Notes: generated from the sequence alone by a model not told the origin. 64,000 nt of DNA from an uncultured virus (IMG/VR IMGVR_UViG_3300044646_002851) (IMGVR_UViG_3300044646_002851), one strand, 5' to 3'. Positions 1 to 9,708 are shown, counted from the first letter of the stretch. Numbers and translations: made by a program.

Positions 1-215
1 CCATTATTAGCATGATAAGATTTTATTCTTCTTGATTCGTTGTTAGATGATAAAATATATTTAGATCCTTGTGCGGTTTCAAAATAATGAGTTAGCGTAG
101 CTCCTGTAGGCGATTTGATTTGTTCTTGTGCATCATCAATAGCTTCATAGTACTGGTTTTCAGTAATGATTCCAGCTAGGTACAGATTGTAGTTCGGATT
201 GTTTTTATTGTACAT
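1..215 (-). CDS. Partial hypothetical protein (runs off left edge) with MYNKNNPNY-x-LYL-x-G-x-ITENQYY N-terminal module
   Basis: Translated by hand from ATG at 215: MYNKNNPNYNLYLAGIITENQYYEAIDDAQEQIKSPTGATLTHYFETAQGSKYILSSNNESRRIKSYHAN...; open to the window edge; not in ORF track. Confidence 0.8.
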   Translation of the reverse strand, partial: MYNKNNPNYNLYLAGIITENQYYEAIDDAQEQIKSPTGATLTHYFETAQGSKYILSSNNESRRIKSYHANN

Positions 216-219
216 GTTT

Positions 220-1314
220 TTACTTTTTTGAATTAAAACCTAAATGTTTCATATCATGATTTACTCCAGAAAAAGCCAATTTTCTAGCAAGTTCCATATC
301 TTTTTTATCACCTTTGACCCATTGTTTGTACATCATATTCCATCTAGGATCTTTTATTTTTTGTGCCATATCTGTAATTGATGTGCCTTGTGGTAGTGGC
401 TTCCTATGCCTAGATTTATCGTATGCGTTTTTTATAAGATGATTTATAGTATTTGTAATTTCACCATCAGATAATGATTTCATTACTTCTTGATTGTATT
501 CAATTTGCTTTATTACTTGACTACAAATCAACTCAGTTTCAGAACTTCCATGCACATCAACTCCTTCATCAGAAGCCATTCCCGAAAATGCTTTTTTACG
601 ATCAACTGGAACAATTTTAAGTTTTGCAATAAAATTATCAACAACTCTTTTTATATCTGGACCTGCATTTTGATCCTTGTAATGAAGCACTAATGTGTCT
701 CTGTGGCTTTTAGCAACATCCTCATCGTTTGCAATTTTAAAAGAAAAATACACATCTTTCAATTTTGTTGTTTTATCAAACTCCGAAGGAAGGAATTTAA
801 CGCTGTCGATAAAACTTTTATGTGAATTTGGTTCAATTGTCCAAAACCATTTGTGAGATTGAAATTGTGTGTCTTTAGGAATCGTTTCGATTTTCCAAAA
901 TTGAGTCCATCCTTTAAATTCTTGTGCTTTCCAAGAAACTTGGTTGTGTAAGTTGACATAATTTATTGCATCTAATCGCATCTTTTTATAATCGCCATCA
1001 TTAAATTTGTCTTTTATTTTGACAGTGTCATAATCTTCTCTAGTTGTTATGTATTTGTACAAAGCGTCTTTTAGATCTTTGTTAAGTTCAGCGTATCTTT
1101 CTAATTTTTCATCTACATCAATACCCGCATCAATTTTATCTTTAACTTTGAACTGCCATTTCATTATATCTATGACTTCTTTTAAGTGATCAGATTTACT
1201 TTTATCTTCGAAATAATTTTCGTTTACTTTGCCTTCCAATATGTCGTAATATTGATTCTCTGTAATGAGACCAGACAAGTAAAGCATGTAATTCGGGTTA
1301 TTTTTATTGTACAT
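220..1314 (-). CDS. Hypothetical protein with the same N-terminal module; central region weakly HopA1/phosphothreonine-lyase-like
   Basis: Start moved to M14 (ATG 1314), which matches the start of the neighbouring gene; HKWFWTI...FSFKI...HRDTLVLHY pattern. Confidence 0.6.
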   Translation of the reverse strand: MYNKNNPNYMLYLSGLITENQYYDILEGKVNENYFEDKSKSDHLKEVIDIMKWQFKVKDKIDAGIDVDEKLERYAELNKDLKDALYKYITTREDYDTVKIKDKFNDGDYKKMRLDAINYVNLHNQVSWKAQEFKGWTQFWKIETIPKDTQFQSHKWFWTIEPNSHKSFIDSVKFLPSEFDKTTKLKDVYFSFKIANDEDVAKSHRDTLVLHYKDQNAGPDIKRVVDNFIAKLKIVPVDRKKAFSGMASDEGVDVHGSSETELICSQVIKQIEYNQEVMKSLSDGEITNTINHLIKNAYDKSRHRKPLPQGTSITDMAQKIKDPRWNMMYKQWVKGDKKDMELARKLAFSGVNHDMKHLGFNSKK

Positions 1315-2551
1315 TGAAGAAATTATCCTTTTCCATTCGATCAAGTTTATCACTTATATCTTTTCCTTTTAATCCAAAGTGTGCGACATCTGCACCAGAG
1401 TATTTAGGCTTATGTTCAAATAATCTCTTAGATTCATCCTCAAATCCGAAATGACTCATGAATGGTTCTATGGACTTATAAGGAACTCTCTTCATTTCTC
1501 TGGATATGTCATGAATTTTGTAGTCGTGGCTCATTGGATTCTTGAACATGTTATATGCTTTTAAAATTATGATCGCAGGAGTAAGAACATCATATTCGAA
1601 CTTGTACTGTATCAACATATCAGACAGTTTCTTATTGGGAGCTTCTTCACTGAGTATGTAAGCAATCATAGCAGGAAGATCGTTATTCATTTGATCCAGA
1701 GGTTCCAATTTTGAAATTTTTATTCTTTCTGGCATGATGTTGTGAATGAGATCCAATTCTTTTAAAGACTTGATAAAATTAGCTGGAGATTTACTTTGCT
1801 TCAAACCAGAAATAAATTCCTTGTTGATTCTTTCCTTGCTGACATTTTCTAAGTTCTTGAATTCGGCTATTGCCATTTTGGTCTTATCGTCAAGATGACT
1901 CATTATATTGTCATCATTGTATCTGTTAAAGAATCTAACCACACGCAAAACTCTAAGTTTGTCTTCGTAGAATCTCTGGAATGGATCTCCTACTACACTT
2001 GTGTGTTTGTTCTTTATGTCTTCGATACCTTTTCCGTGATTATAATCTCTTACTTTTTTGTTTATCGTATCATAGAACAAAGCATTGTAGTTCAAGTCTC
2101 TTCTTTTAGTATCTTCTTCTGGTGTCGCTCCAAATTCTGTTTTTTCTGGTATTCTTGAATTGCCAGAATATACTTCTTTTCTGAAGGTTGCTATTTCAAA
2201 TTCATCTTTCTTCTTTCCTTCCATGTCTTTGACAATGATGGAAAGTACTCCTTGGTCTATTCCCTTCTCGAATATTTCTAATTTAAATCTTCCATTGGCT
2301 ATGGTTGTATTGTGGATTATTTTTCTTGTTTCTTCTGGAAGTGCGTCTGTGGCTAGGTCGTAGTCGTTTATGTCTTTTTTCATGTCGTGGAAGTGATTAA
2401 AGAGATGATCCCTTACAGCACCACCGACTACATAGCAGGTTTTGCCATGTGCTTTCATGATGTGTGCTATTTCTTCTAGTTCCTCTGGAACTGACATGTG
2501 AGTGTCTATAGTTTCTAATTCTTCAGATATTAACCATTGTTTAAAGTTCAT
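1304..2551 (-). CDS. cca: Class II tRNA nucleotidyltransferase (CCA-adding enzyme), no HD domain
   Basis: YVVGGAVRD, DYDLAT, EIATFR, EDTKRRDLNYNAL, RFYEDKLRVLR, VSKERI motifs; N-terminus MNFKQWLISE. Confidence 0.9.
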   Translation of the reverse strand: MNFKQWLISEELETIDTHMSVPEELEEIAHIMKAHGKTCYVVGGAVRDHLFNHFHDMKKDINDYDLATDALPEETRKIIHNTTIANGRFKLEIFEKGIDQGVLSIIVKDMEGKKKDEFEIATFRKEVYSGNSRIPEKTEFGATPEEDTKRRDLNYNALFYDTINKKVRDYNHGKGIEDIKNKHTSVVGDPFQRFYEDKLRVLRVVRFFNRYNDDNIMSHLDDKTKMAIAEFKNLENVSKERINKEFISGLKQSKSPANFIKSLKELDLIHNIMPERIKISKLEPLDQMNNDLPAMIAYILSEEAPNKKLSDMLIQYKFEYDVLTPAIIILKAYNMFKNPMSHDYKIHDISREMKRVPYKSIEPFMSHFGFEDESKRLFEHKPKYSGADVAHFGLKGKDISDKLDRMEKDNFFNVQ

Positions 2552-4916
2552 GGAGGTATTTATCTATGAGTTGTTGGATTTTTAGTGTTTTATTTGTGTG
2601 GTATTGGTTAAGGATTTGTGCCATTTGTTTTTTATTGGGTGAATAATTAAGTAACCAACTAATACTTGATTCAGAAAGTTTGCTTATGTTATATGTTCCT
2701 AGGATTTTTGCTATTTTTTCTATATCTATATTTTTTTCAAGTAAATTTTTAATGCCAAGACTATAAATTTTATTTATATTATTTTTACCTAGTAGTTTTG
2801 CTATTTTTTCTTTTTTTTCTGCATAACTAAATAAATTATAAACATTTCGATCAGAAAGTTCTGTTTTATATTTTATGATTAATTCTGCAATTTTATCTTT
2901 TTCGGTTGAGTTATAAAGCAACTGTTCAACATTATCATCAGAAAGTTCTGTTTTATATTTTATAATAGATTCTGCCATTTTGTCTTTGTAGGTTGCAACA
3001 TTAAGCAAATTTTTAACATTTTTATCAGAAAGTTCTGGTTTTTTGTTTATTATAGATTCTGCTATTTTGTCTTTATCTGTTGCATAATAAAGCAACATCC
3101 CAACATTATTATCAGAAAGTTTTGGCTTTTCATTTATAATTAGTTCTGCCATTTTGTCTTTATCTGTTGCATTAGATGCATTAGCAAAAAATATCCTAAT
3201 ATTATTATCAGTAAATTCTGGATTTTTTACAAATTTTATAATTTTTTCTTTATCCATAGTTTTTACAGCAAAAGCCATTTTGTCCTCTAAACTTAAAGAA
3301 TTGTAATATTCACCTTTGAATTCTTTAATTGCATGTTCAAATTGTTTTTTAGTAAATTTATGATAATTTTTACTTAAAATAAATTCTTTCTTTTGCTCAT
3401 CAGTTAATGTGTCAAAATCAGAATCTTCCATTCTATTTACAATCTTAAGATACATGGGAAATACTTCTGGATGTTTATCATTTTTGGCAGAAGTAAAATC
3501 TTTATTTTCATCATATTGATGTAATCTTTTTTCCCAATCTTCTGGTTTTGTTGTTGTCCAAGTAGATTCGGGTATGCCTTTGCTTACAAGATATTTCTTA
3601 TATTGGTTTATGCTATTGTAACCATTGATGCCAACTTCTGATTCTGAATCTTCTGGATCGGTACTGTGTGTATTTCTAGCATCAACCCATTCAGAATACA
3701 TACCTTCTGGTGAAACACCGGGATTCACATATCGTGCTGGATCATTTTCATCTTTGTTGAAATCAAAAACGAAGTATTGAGTTTGGTGATGTTCTATTCT
3801 GTAAGTAAACCAATGTGCTGCTGAAGTTGAACTAGAAATACACCAAGGGTGACCTTTGCCGTAAATGCGACAAACATCTGGTGCAAGTCCTTTGAACACC
3901 CAAACATTGTTACCTTTGGCAACTAGGTTTTGTTGATGGTTTAATTCTTCTTCTATTGGGTTGAAGTAGTTGCCTTTACTTTTATATTGTTCCAAACTTC
4001 CTTGTATTGAATCTAATTGACTAGTAAATCTACCAAAGTCTGGTGTTTCTAACTTTTGACTTCCTTGAAGTGTGTTTCTGTATAAATTTGGTACTTTATT
4101 TTCAATTTTAAGGGTAATGATTTTCTTTTCGATAAATTTTCTTAATTGTTGCATCATTTTTTTGAGTGAATCTTTGTTTTCGTTCTTGTAATAATCATAA
4201 GTTTGTAATTCTTCTTCTGTGGTATTGAGGATTGTTGCGAAGTGTTTGCGTTGTGCGTCTTCGTCAGTTACTTTTTTTTGTATATTGAATTTAGCTTGGA
4301 ATCTTTGAAATGCGGTTGGTTTGTCTATTAGTGTTGGTTCATCTTCTAGTTCCTTGATAAAAGCATCCAATTCATCTTTTGGTGCTTTTGCTTTAGCCAA
4401 AAGATTCTTGGTGTTTGCATCTATTGCTTCTGTTATGTAAAACCATTCTTTGAAAGAATTTCTTGGTTTTATTCTAAATTCAATTTCATGCATAGGTTCG
4501 CCATTCAGCGAATTTGGTTCATCTAGAAGTATTTCAAACATACCTCTTTTCTCGCCAAGTTTTATGAGTCTATATGATGTAGAAGCTCTAGCATTCATGG
4601 TGAATATTTTATTTCCAAAAGATGTCATTTTTTGATAAATAACAAGTAAATCTGAAAGTGATAGTGATCTTCTGGCTGCTAAATCTATAACTTCAACTTC
4701 TCTTGGTCCATTACAAAAAATGGCATACCAATCATCTTGGATAATACAATCAATTTGTCCATCGCAATCAGCGTAATCAATGACATCATCTATGTCATCA
4801 AAGTCGCCATAGAATTGCATATGTGATGGATAAGCTATTTTTTCAATAGCTTTAACACGATCAAGATTTTTTTGATTGAGTGCGCAGGATTCACGAAGAT
4901 AGTCTGAAATTCTCAT
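2541..4916 (-). CDS. Multidomain phage protein: possible GNAT-like N-terminal domain, WCIS-motif (PcfJ-like) middle domain, C-terminal 29-aa helical repeats
   Basis: NARASTSYRL; internal SFKEWFYITE; CRIYGKGHPWCISS...YFVFD; ELSDxNVxxLLxxAxxKDKxAExII repeats. Confidence 0.55.
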   Translation of the reverse strand: MRISDYLRESCALNQKNLDRVKAIEKIAYPSHMQFYGDFDDIDDVIDYADCDGQIDCIIQDDWYAIFCNGPREVEVIDLAARRSLSLSDLLVIYQKMTSFGNKIFTMNARASTSYRLIKLGEKRGMFEILLDEPNSLNGEPMHEIEFRIKPRNSFKEWFYITEAIDANTKNLLAKAKAPKDELDAFIKELEDEPTLIDKPTAFQRFQAKFNIQKKVTDEDAQRKHFATILNTTEEELQTYDYYKNENKDSLKKMMQQLRKFIEKKIITLKIENKVPNLYRNTLQGSQKLETPDFGRFTSQLDSIQGSLEQYKSKGNYFNPIEEELNHQQNLVAKGNNVWVFKGLAPDVCRIYGKGHPWCISSSTSAAHWFTYRIEHHQTQYFVFDFNKDENDPARYVNPGVSPEGMYSEWVDARNTHSTDPEDSESEVGINGYNSINQYKKYLVSKGIPESTWTTTKPEDWEKRLHQYDENKDFTSAKNDKHPEVFPMYLKIVNRMEDSDFDTLTDEQKKEFILSKNYHKFTKKQFEHAIKEFKGEYYNSLSLEDKMAFAVKTMDKEKIIKFVKNPEFTDNNIRIFFANASNATDKDKMAELIINEKPKLSDNNVGMLLYYATDKDKIAESIINKKPELSDKNVKNLLNVATYKDKMAESIIKYKTELSDDNVEQLLYNSTEKDKIAELIIKYKTELSDRNVYNLFSYAEKKEKIAKLLGKNNINKIYSLGIKNLLEKNIDIEKIAKILGTYNISKLSESSISWLLNYSPNKKQMAQILNQYHTNKTLKIQQLIDKYLHEL
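2790..3230 (-). repeat. In-frame tandem repeat, 87-bp / 29-aa unit, about 5 copies
   Basis: tcagaaagtt recurs at about 87-bp spacing (near 2851, 2938, 3025, 3112); units such as PELSDKNVKNLLNVATYKDKMAESIIKYK. Confidence 0.85.
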
Positions 4917-4990
4917 GTTAAATATGTATTGTTAACACAAATAGATTTTCATTTTTTACACAAATGATTTTATTCTTAGAATATGTCATA

Positions 4991-5629
4991 TTATTTTAGT
5001 TGATAAAATAAAAACTGGTAGCCATTAGAAAGTATAGGGCTGGCAATATCAGTATTTTTAGTATATTTAGTTAATTTGGTTTGTATGTATTCGTGATTTG
5101 TATGACATCTACGCACCACCTCTTGTATATTATCATAATTATTATTAGTAAATAATGTATTTGTCTTATGTCTAATTTGCAACATAATCGATGATATGTT
5201 AGATTCATTGATATTGTTTAAAAATTCATTCAAATAATTGATGTCTGGAAAGTGTTGAATGACTGCTTGACTAATAAACACATCGCATTTAATTTCATTG
5301 AATTTAATTGGCGATAATAATAGTTCATAATTTTTTATATTGTGGTTTTGTAAATTATTTGATGCAAATTTCAATTGTCTTTCTGATATGTCAACGCCAA
5401 TATATTTTTTAATTTGGTATTTTTCATGTAAATGAATGCCAAGATATCCTCCACCTATTCCGTAGTCCAAAATACTTTTGTTTGCAAGCGGATGTATAGA
5501 GTTAAGGTTTACTAAAAAATAATCATCCCAATTTTTCACTAAATTTTCATAACTTATGAGATGTTTGTTTATTGTAAGGTGTGCAAAAGTAGTATCGCAT
5601 GTTTCCCAAAAAGTTTTAAGTTGTTCCAT
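4991..5629 (-). CDS. Class I SAM-dependent methyltransferase
   Basis: ILDYGIGGG, YIGVDIS, DVFISQAVIQHFP. Confidence 0.85.
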   Translation of the reverse strand: MEQLKTFWETCDTTFAHLTINKHLISYENLVKNWDDYFLVNLNSIHPLANKSILDYGIGGGYLGIHLHEKYQIKKYIGVDISERQLKFASNNLQNHNIKNYELLLSPIKFNEIKCDVFISQAVIQHFPDINYLNEFLNNINESNISSIMLQIRHKTNTLFTNNNYDNIQEVVRRCHTNHEYIQTKLTKYTKNTDIASPILSNGYQFLFYQLK

Positions 5630-5661
5630 TATGTAACTCTTAAATTAACATAAATAGATTT

Positions 5662-6009
5662 TTACATAGAAAAAGAGCTTCCGCAACCGCAAGTGGACTT
5701 AGCTTGTGGATTATCTATTTTGAATCCACGAGAATTCATATCATCGATGAAATCTATAGTAGCATCGCCTATGTACATAGCACTTCTTTTATCGACTACT
5801 AATGAAATGCCATTTACTTCATAGGATTCATCTAACTTTTGATTTACTTCTTTTTCTATTGTTATTTTAGATTGGAAACCAGAACAGCCACCACCAACAA
5901 CCTTAACTCTTACATAAAGTTTTCCTTCTGTAATTTCTTGGTTGGTTTTTTCTTCTTCTATTGCAATGTTTATTTCTTTGATTGCTTTTTCTGTTATTTT
6001 AATTGCCAT
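5662..6009 (-). CDS. iscA: HesB/IscA-family A-type Fe-S cluster carrier
   Basis: GGGCSG and C-terminal TCGCGSSF motifs, 115 aa. Confidence 0.93.
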   Translation of the reverse strand: MAIKITEKAIKEINIAIEEEKTNQEITEGKLYVRVKVVGGGCSGFQSKITIEKEVNQKLDESYEVNGISLVVDKRSAMYIGDATIDFIDDMNSRGFKIDNPQAKSTCGCGSSFSM

Positions 6010-6019
6010 TTTATCTTCC

Positions 6020-6763
6020 TTATAGTTTTGGATACAAAAAATTTAGTGCTGTTAAGTCTTCAACATCACGATAACTATTAATAGTTTTATCCCACATATC
6101 CATAGTTCTTTTACAAGCATCAGCTTGTCCACGATTTAATCTTTCGATCCATTCTTGCTTAGACTTATGATAGTAATGGTTTATCTGAATAATATCAGTT
6201 GGTCCATTTGGGTTGAATGGTCCTGAGAATTTTTTCCGATTAGTATCAATAGTCGGTTTATTTGGAGAATGAGGATTAACCATTGCAGACTTTATTTTAA
6301 GATTTATTATAGTTTTTACATGTATATTGGGATTCTTATCTCTAAATGTGAATCTCTTAATGAGACTTTCTGGATTTGGGCTTGGAGATTCTTGCCCTCC
6401 GCTACCAAAAAAAAACCAATTTGGTGATATTCCAGCTGTGTCATCGGCATCAAACTCAGAAAGGAATTCTGATATAGTTTTGTGTTTATGAAGCACAATA
6501 AACTCATCGCAATCAATAATTGCTGCCCAATCGAAATCATTGCGGTACTTAGATGATAGCCAGTTATTATAAACTTGTGGAAGTATATTCTTGCCATTGG
6601 AGTGTAATTTTGTAAGGTAATCTTGTTCGATGTTACAAGTCCAATCATTTTGGTAGATGAATATTTTGTCGAACCCTAATTTGATGTTGTAGTCTAACCA
6701 CTCTTGGATAGTTCTGTCTTCATTCTTAGCGATACAAACAACGCATGTTCTTAGCTTGTTCAT
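6020..6763 (-). CDS. Glycosyltransferase, GT-A fold (GT2-like/GT92-like)
   Basis: CIAKNE...EWLDY...GFDKIFIY; IDCDEF DxD motif; INHYYHKS. Confidence 0.8.
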   Translation of the reverse strand: MNKLRTCVVCIAKNEDRTIQEWLDYNIKLGFDKIFIYQNDWTCNIEQDYLTKLHSNGKNILPQVYNNWLSSKYRNDFDWAAIIDCDEFIVLHKHKTISEFLSEFDADDTAGISPNWFFFGSGGQESPSPNPESLIKRFTFRDKNPNIHVKTIINLKIKSAMVNPHSPNKPTIDTNRKKFSGPFNPNGPTDIIQINHYYHKSKQEWIERLNRGQADACKRTMDMWDKTINSYRDVEDLTALNFLYPKL

Positions 6764-6922
6764 AAATTATCCTCCATGATATTTATGATATTATCTATGC
6801 ACATGTCGTTTGATTAATGCCAATTATAAGACATTAAAGATTGATTATGACTAAAATTTTATATAAAAATTTTCTCTTATGTTAATCTCCTTGATATAGA
6901 AGATAATTTATTGAAATCAATG

Positions 6923-7735
6923 TTACATTATTTTGCTGTGGTTAGATAATATGTCAGTATAATCATTTAATTCTTTGAAAGCAACTAAGAAGCCACTGTT
7001 ATGAGTGAAGTATGCTTTTTTGTTTGGCAAAAACTTCAATTTATCTGTATTGTTGCTAATCATGCGATATCCACCACCTCTGTTATCTTTAGTTAAAATA
7101 ACATCTGCTTCTTTTTTTGAAAGTTTACAATATTTTTTAGTTGGAAGTTCTTCTACTGAAAATCCTTCTTCTATTTTGCAATCAACAACATTCATTATTT
7201 TCAGATTTTTATATTCAGTAAATTTAACGCCATTCTCAATCATGGTTAAAAGTCTTCCAGTGTTCTCAATCAAATGACAAATTGATGCTCCCATTTGTTT
7301 CATTACTGAATATAAGGGATCGCTAACTTCGCCATTTATATTTGAGAAGACACTTATGATTGCTCCGCAAATTGGATTGTTTGAAATTTCCAATACTTCT
7401 TCTGTTGTGTTGAAGAATTTGGCAGCAGCCTTTGGACCATACGAATCCATAATTTCAACAAATTTCAATTGTGGAAATGCAATTCTATATTCTTTTTTAT
7501 AAAAATGATCTAAGATCATTGTGAAAGAACAAATTTCTTCTTTGATATGATGATGGTCGAAATTGTGCATCTCTGGATCAAACGACATTCCTTGATCAAT
7601 CACCCAACAAGATTTATCCTCTAAATGTTCTTGTGTGCATTTGGTTCTAATTGCTCTGCAATTAAGTTTGTGAATTAAAACGCATGTAGCTAGGAAGTCA
7701 TCAGTATGTGCTTTGCCATCGTGAACTATTATCAT
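6923..7735 (-). CDS. MYG1-family (DHH-like) metal-dependent hydrolase/exonuclease
   Basis: VHDGKAHTDD, VIDQG...FDHHH, C-terminal FTHNSGF. Confidence 0.75.
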   Translation of the reverse strand: MIIVHDGKAHTDDFLATCVLIHKLNCRAIRTKCTQEHLEDKSCWVIDQGMSFDPEMHNFDHHHIKEEICSFTMILDHFYKKEYRIAFPQLKFVEIMDSYGPKAAAKFFNTTEEVLEISNNPICGAIISVFSNINGEVSDPLYSVMKQMGASICHLIENTGRLLTMIENGVKFTEYKNLKIMNVVDCKIEEGFSVEELPTKKYCKLSKKEADVILTKDNRGGGYRMISNNTDKLKFLPNKKAYFTHNSGFLVAFKELNDYTDILSNHSKIM

Positions 7736-7746
7736 GAGATTACCTT

Positions 7747-8337
7747 CTATTTTTTAACAAACACCAAAAAGTAAGAATGAAATTTTCTCGCATGTTTCTG
7801 AATCTTGTGATTATGACCAACTACTCTAGTTTTAGCAACAAGAATGAATAGATCTTTTGTATAAAATCCATTTTTTTCAGCTTCATTCATGATGTGTACA
7901 TGGCTGAACCATTGTTTGCCACTACTGACAGTATCTTGACATTTAACAATCAAAACACCATTAGTTTCCAATACTCTATAAAATTCCTTAATACAGAGAT
8001 CATACCATTCCCACAGATCGGCAATATATTTGAATCCATGAAATCTAGTTCCCATTATGCCTGTTGGCTTGTCTTTTGTATGACCGACAATGAATGGAGG
8101 ATCAAACATCAATGATTTTATACTTGAATCATTTAATGGCAGTGTGCTGGCATCAGATTGAATTGTGTCTGGTGTTTGAGGGAATGCATCGAATTTAAAT
8201 TCAGGCTTGGCGATTAAACTTTTTTCATAAAAATTGCCTTTAGAATATGTTGGGTCACATTCTATTCCTTGTGGACAATGCAATGAAATTATATCTTTTA
8301 TAATATCATGCTGATTGTCATTGACTGTTTTGATCAT
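7747..8337 (-). CDS. Putative DNA adenine/N4C methyltransferase
   Basis: CDPTYSKGNFY and MFDPPF catalytic motif; HARKFHSYFLVF; start at M7 overlaps the upstream stop (ATGA). Confidence 0.7.
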   Translation of the reverse strand: MIKTVNDNQHDIIKDIISLHCPQGIECDPTYSKGNFYEKSLIAKPEFKFDAFPQTPDTIQSDASTLPLNDSSIKSLMFDPPFIVGHTKDKPTGIMGTRFHGFKYIADLWEWYDLCIKEFYRVLETNGVLIVKCQDTVSSGKQWFSHVHIMNEAEKNGFYTKDLFILVAKTRVVGHNHKIQKHARKFHSYFLVFVKK

Positions 8338-8609
8338 GATTTGTAATTGTCCCAATCTATATCATCTTGCATTATGATTGGTGTTCCATCTCCGAGATAT
8401 GCTCCACGAATATTATATTCAAAAAATTCTTCAGCATCTTCGTGGTTCATATCTTTGGTCAAATTGCCGATAATTTTTTTATAACTATAAACAACTTTGA
8501 CGCTGTTGAAGCAAGTAGACAGACCCATGATGGCATTATCATGACCATCAATAAACAGAACATTGTCCAATTCGTGTTCGTCACAATAATTGTTTATCAA
8601 ATCTTTCAT
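8334..8609 (-). CDS. Conserved phage hypothetical protein
   Basis: DGHDNAIMG...VVYS...AEEFFEYNIRGAYLGDGTPI, a pattern typical of small phage proteins. Confidence 0.7.
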   Translation of the reverse strand: MKDLINNYCDEHELDNVLFIDGHDNAIMGLSTCFNSVKVVYSYKKIIGNLTKDMNHEDAEEFFEYNIRGAYLGDGTPIIMQDDIDWDNYKS

Positions 8610-8673
8610 TTCATCTCCTTATTGATCAAATGTTTGGAGATGATAACAAAAATATAAACTTTTAACAATTAAA

Positions 8674-9090
8674 TTATTTTTTTTTATTCCAAGAAATTGG
8701 TTTGCTGCCTTTTTTCCTATTAACTGCGGTTTTGTTACAAGCTCCTAGAGTTGGTCTACAAGCAGGATATTTTCTTTCGGTTCCTCTTCCAGCTTTTTTT
8801 CTTCCACACGGAACAAGATTTCCTTTCTTGCTGGCTTTGCAATCGATCCATCCTTTTCCTTTATTTCTATCGAACCAACCACGCAGACCTTTTTCTTTTT
8901 CTGCTTTGAAAGTGTCTTCGTTCATATTTGATTCTTTTTTGGAATTGCCCCAATTAGAAGCACCAACTTTACGACATTTGACTAGCGCACCAGAAGCATA
9001 GGCACTGGGAAAAACCCGATATCTACTTTTGACCTTGTGATAACATGCATCTTTTTCTTCACGCAGTTCTAGCCATTCATTAAATTTCAT
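8674..9090 (-). CDS. Basic Cys-containing phage protein with CTS-like N-terminus
   Basis: MKFNEWLELREE; ACYHKVKSRY..FPSAYASGALVKCRK; GLRGWF; KYPACRP. Confidence 0.75.
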   Translation of the reverse strand: MKFNEWLELREEKDACYHKVKSRYRVFPSAYASGALVKCRKVGASNWGNSKKESNMNEDTFKAEKEKGLRGWFDRNKGKGWIDCKASKKGNLVPCGRKKAGRGTERKYPACRPTLGACNKTAVNRKKGSKPISWNKKK

Positions 9091-9159
9091 ATTATACCTT
9101 CCAATTTTAAGTTTAATTTATTTAGATGTAAGGCTAATGATTATAATCTTAAAAATCAA

Positions 9160-9537
9160 TCAATCATTTATTTTACAATTCCAAATTTTAGAATCTTCAA
9201 CAACATTAGGGTTGTATTTGCTCCAATTCAAAAAATGTCCAAAAATAAAATGACAATTCATTGTTTTGCCTTGGCATAAAGTTATGAGATTTTTATCATC
9301 TAGTTCTCTACTTTCATCAATATGTACTGGAACGATATGATGTACAGTTAAATTTTCTTTTTTCCCACATACTGCGCAAGTTGGATTGTTTTTTATAAAA
9401 TTGTCTCTAGTTTTTTTCCACCGACTGCTTCTGATTGAAAATATTGCTTTTAATTGGTCAACTGATAATGTCGATACCTTTTTTGAAGAGAAGAGATTCC
9501 AAATCATTGAAAAAAATTTTAAAATTATATCTTTCAT
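9160..9537 (-). CDS. HNH endonuclease
   Basis: CAVCG...LTVHHIVP...NLITLC...CH. Confidence 0.85.
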   Translation of the reverse strand: MKDIILKFFSMIWNLFSSKKVSTLSVDQLKAIFSIRSSRWKKTRDNFIKNNPTCAVCGKKENLTVHHIVPVHIDESRELDDKNLITLCQGKTMNCHFIFGHFLNWSKYNPNVVEDSKIWNCKIND

Positions 9538-9674
9538 ATTTTCTTTGATTTGTTGGCAATGCAGTTGTTGACACGAATGCCATTCTTCATTTTAGTTCCC
9601 TTTTTATGATAGCCTTTCCAGCACTTAGCATCTAGAGATTGTCTTTGTTCTAAAAATTCTTTAAATGTTTTCAT
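9534..9674 (-). CDS. 46-aa basic peptide with T4 IPI-like N-terminus
   Basis: Hand translation MKTFKEFLEQRQSLDAKCWKGYHKKGTKMKNGIRVNNCIANKSKKI; its TGA overlaps the next ATG; below the ORF-track cutoff. Confidence 0.8.
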   Translation of the reverse strand: MKTFKEFLEQRQSLDAKCWKGYHKKGTKMKNGIRVNNCIANKSKKI

Positions 9675-9708
9675 TGAGATATTACTTTCATCTTATATAG
9701 TAGAAAAA

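Noticed and set aside
2790..3230. Regularly spaced repeats as a CRISPR array
   Set aside because: The 87-bp units are in-frame degenerate protein repeats without unique spacers, and no cas genes are present
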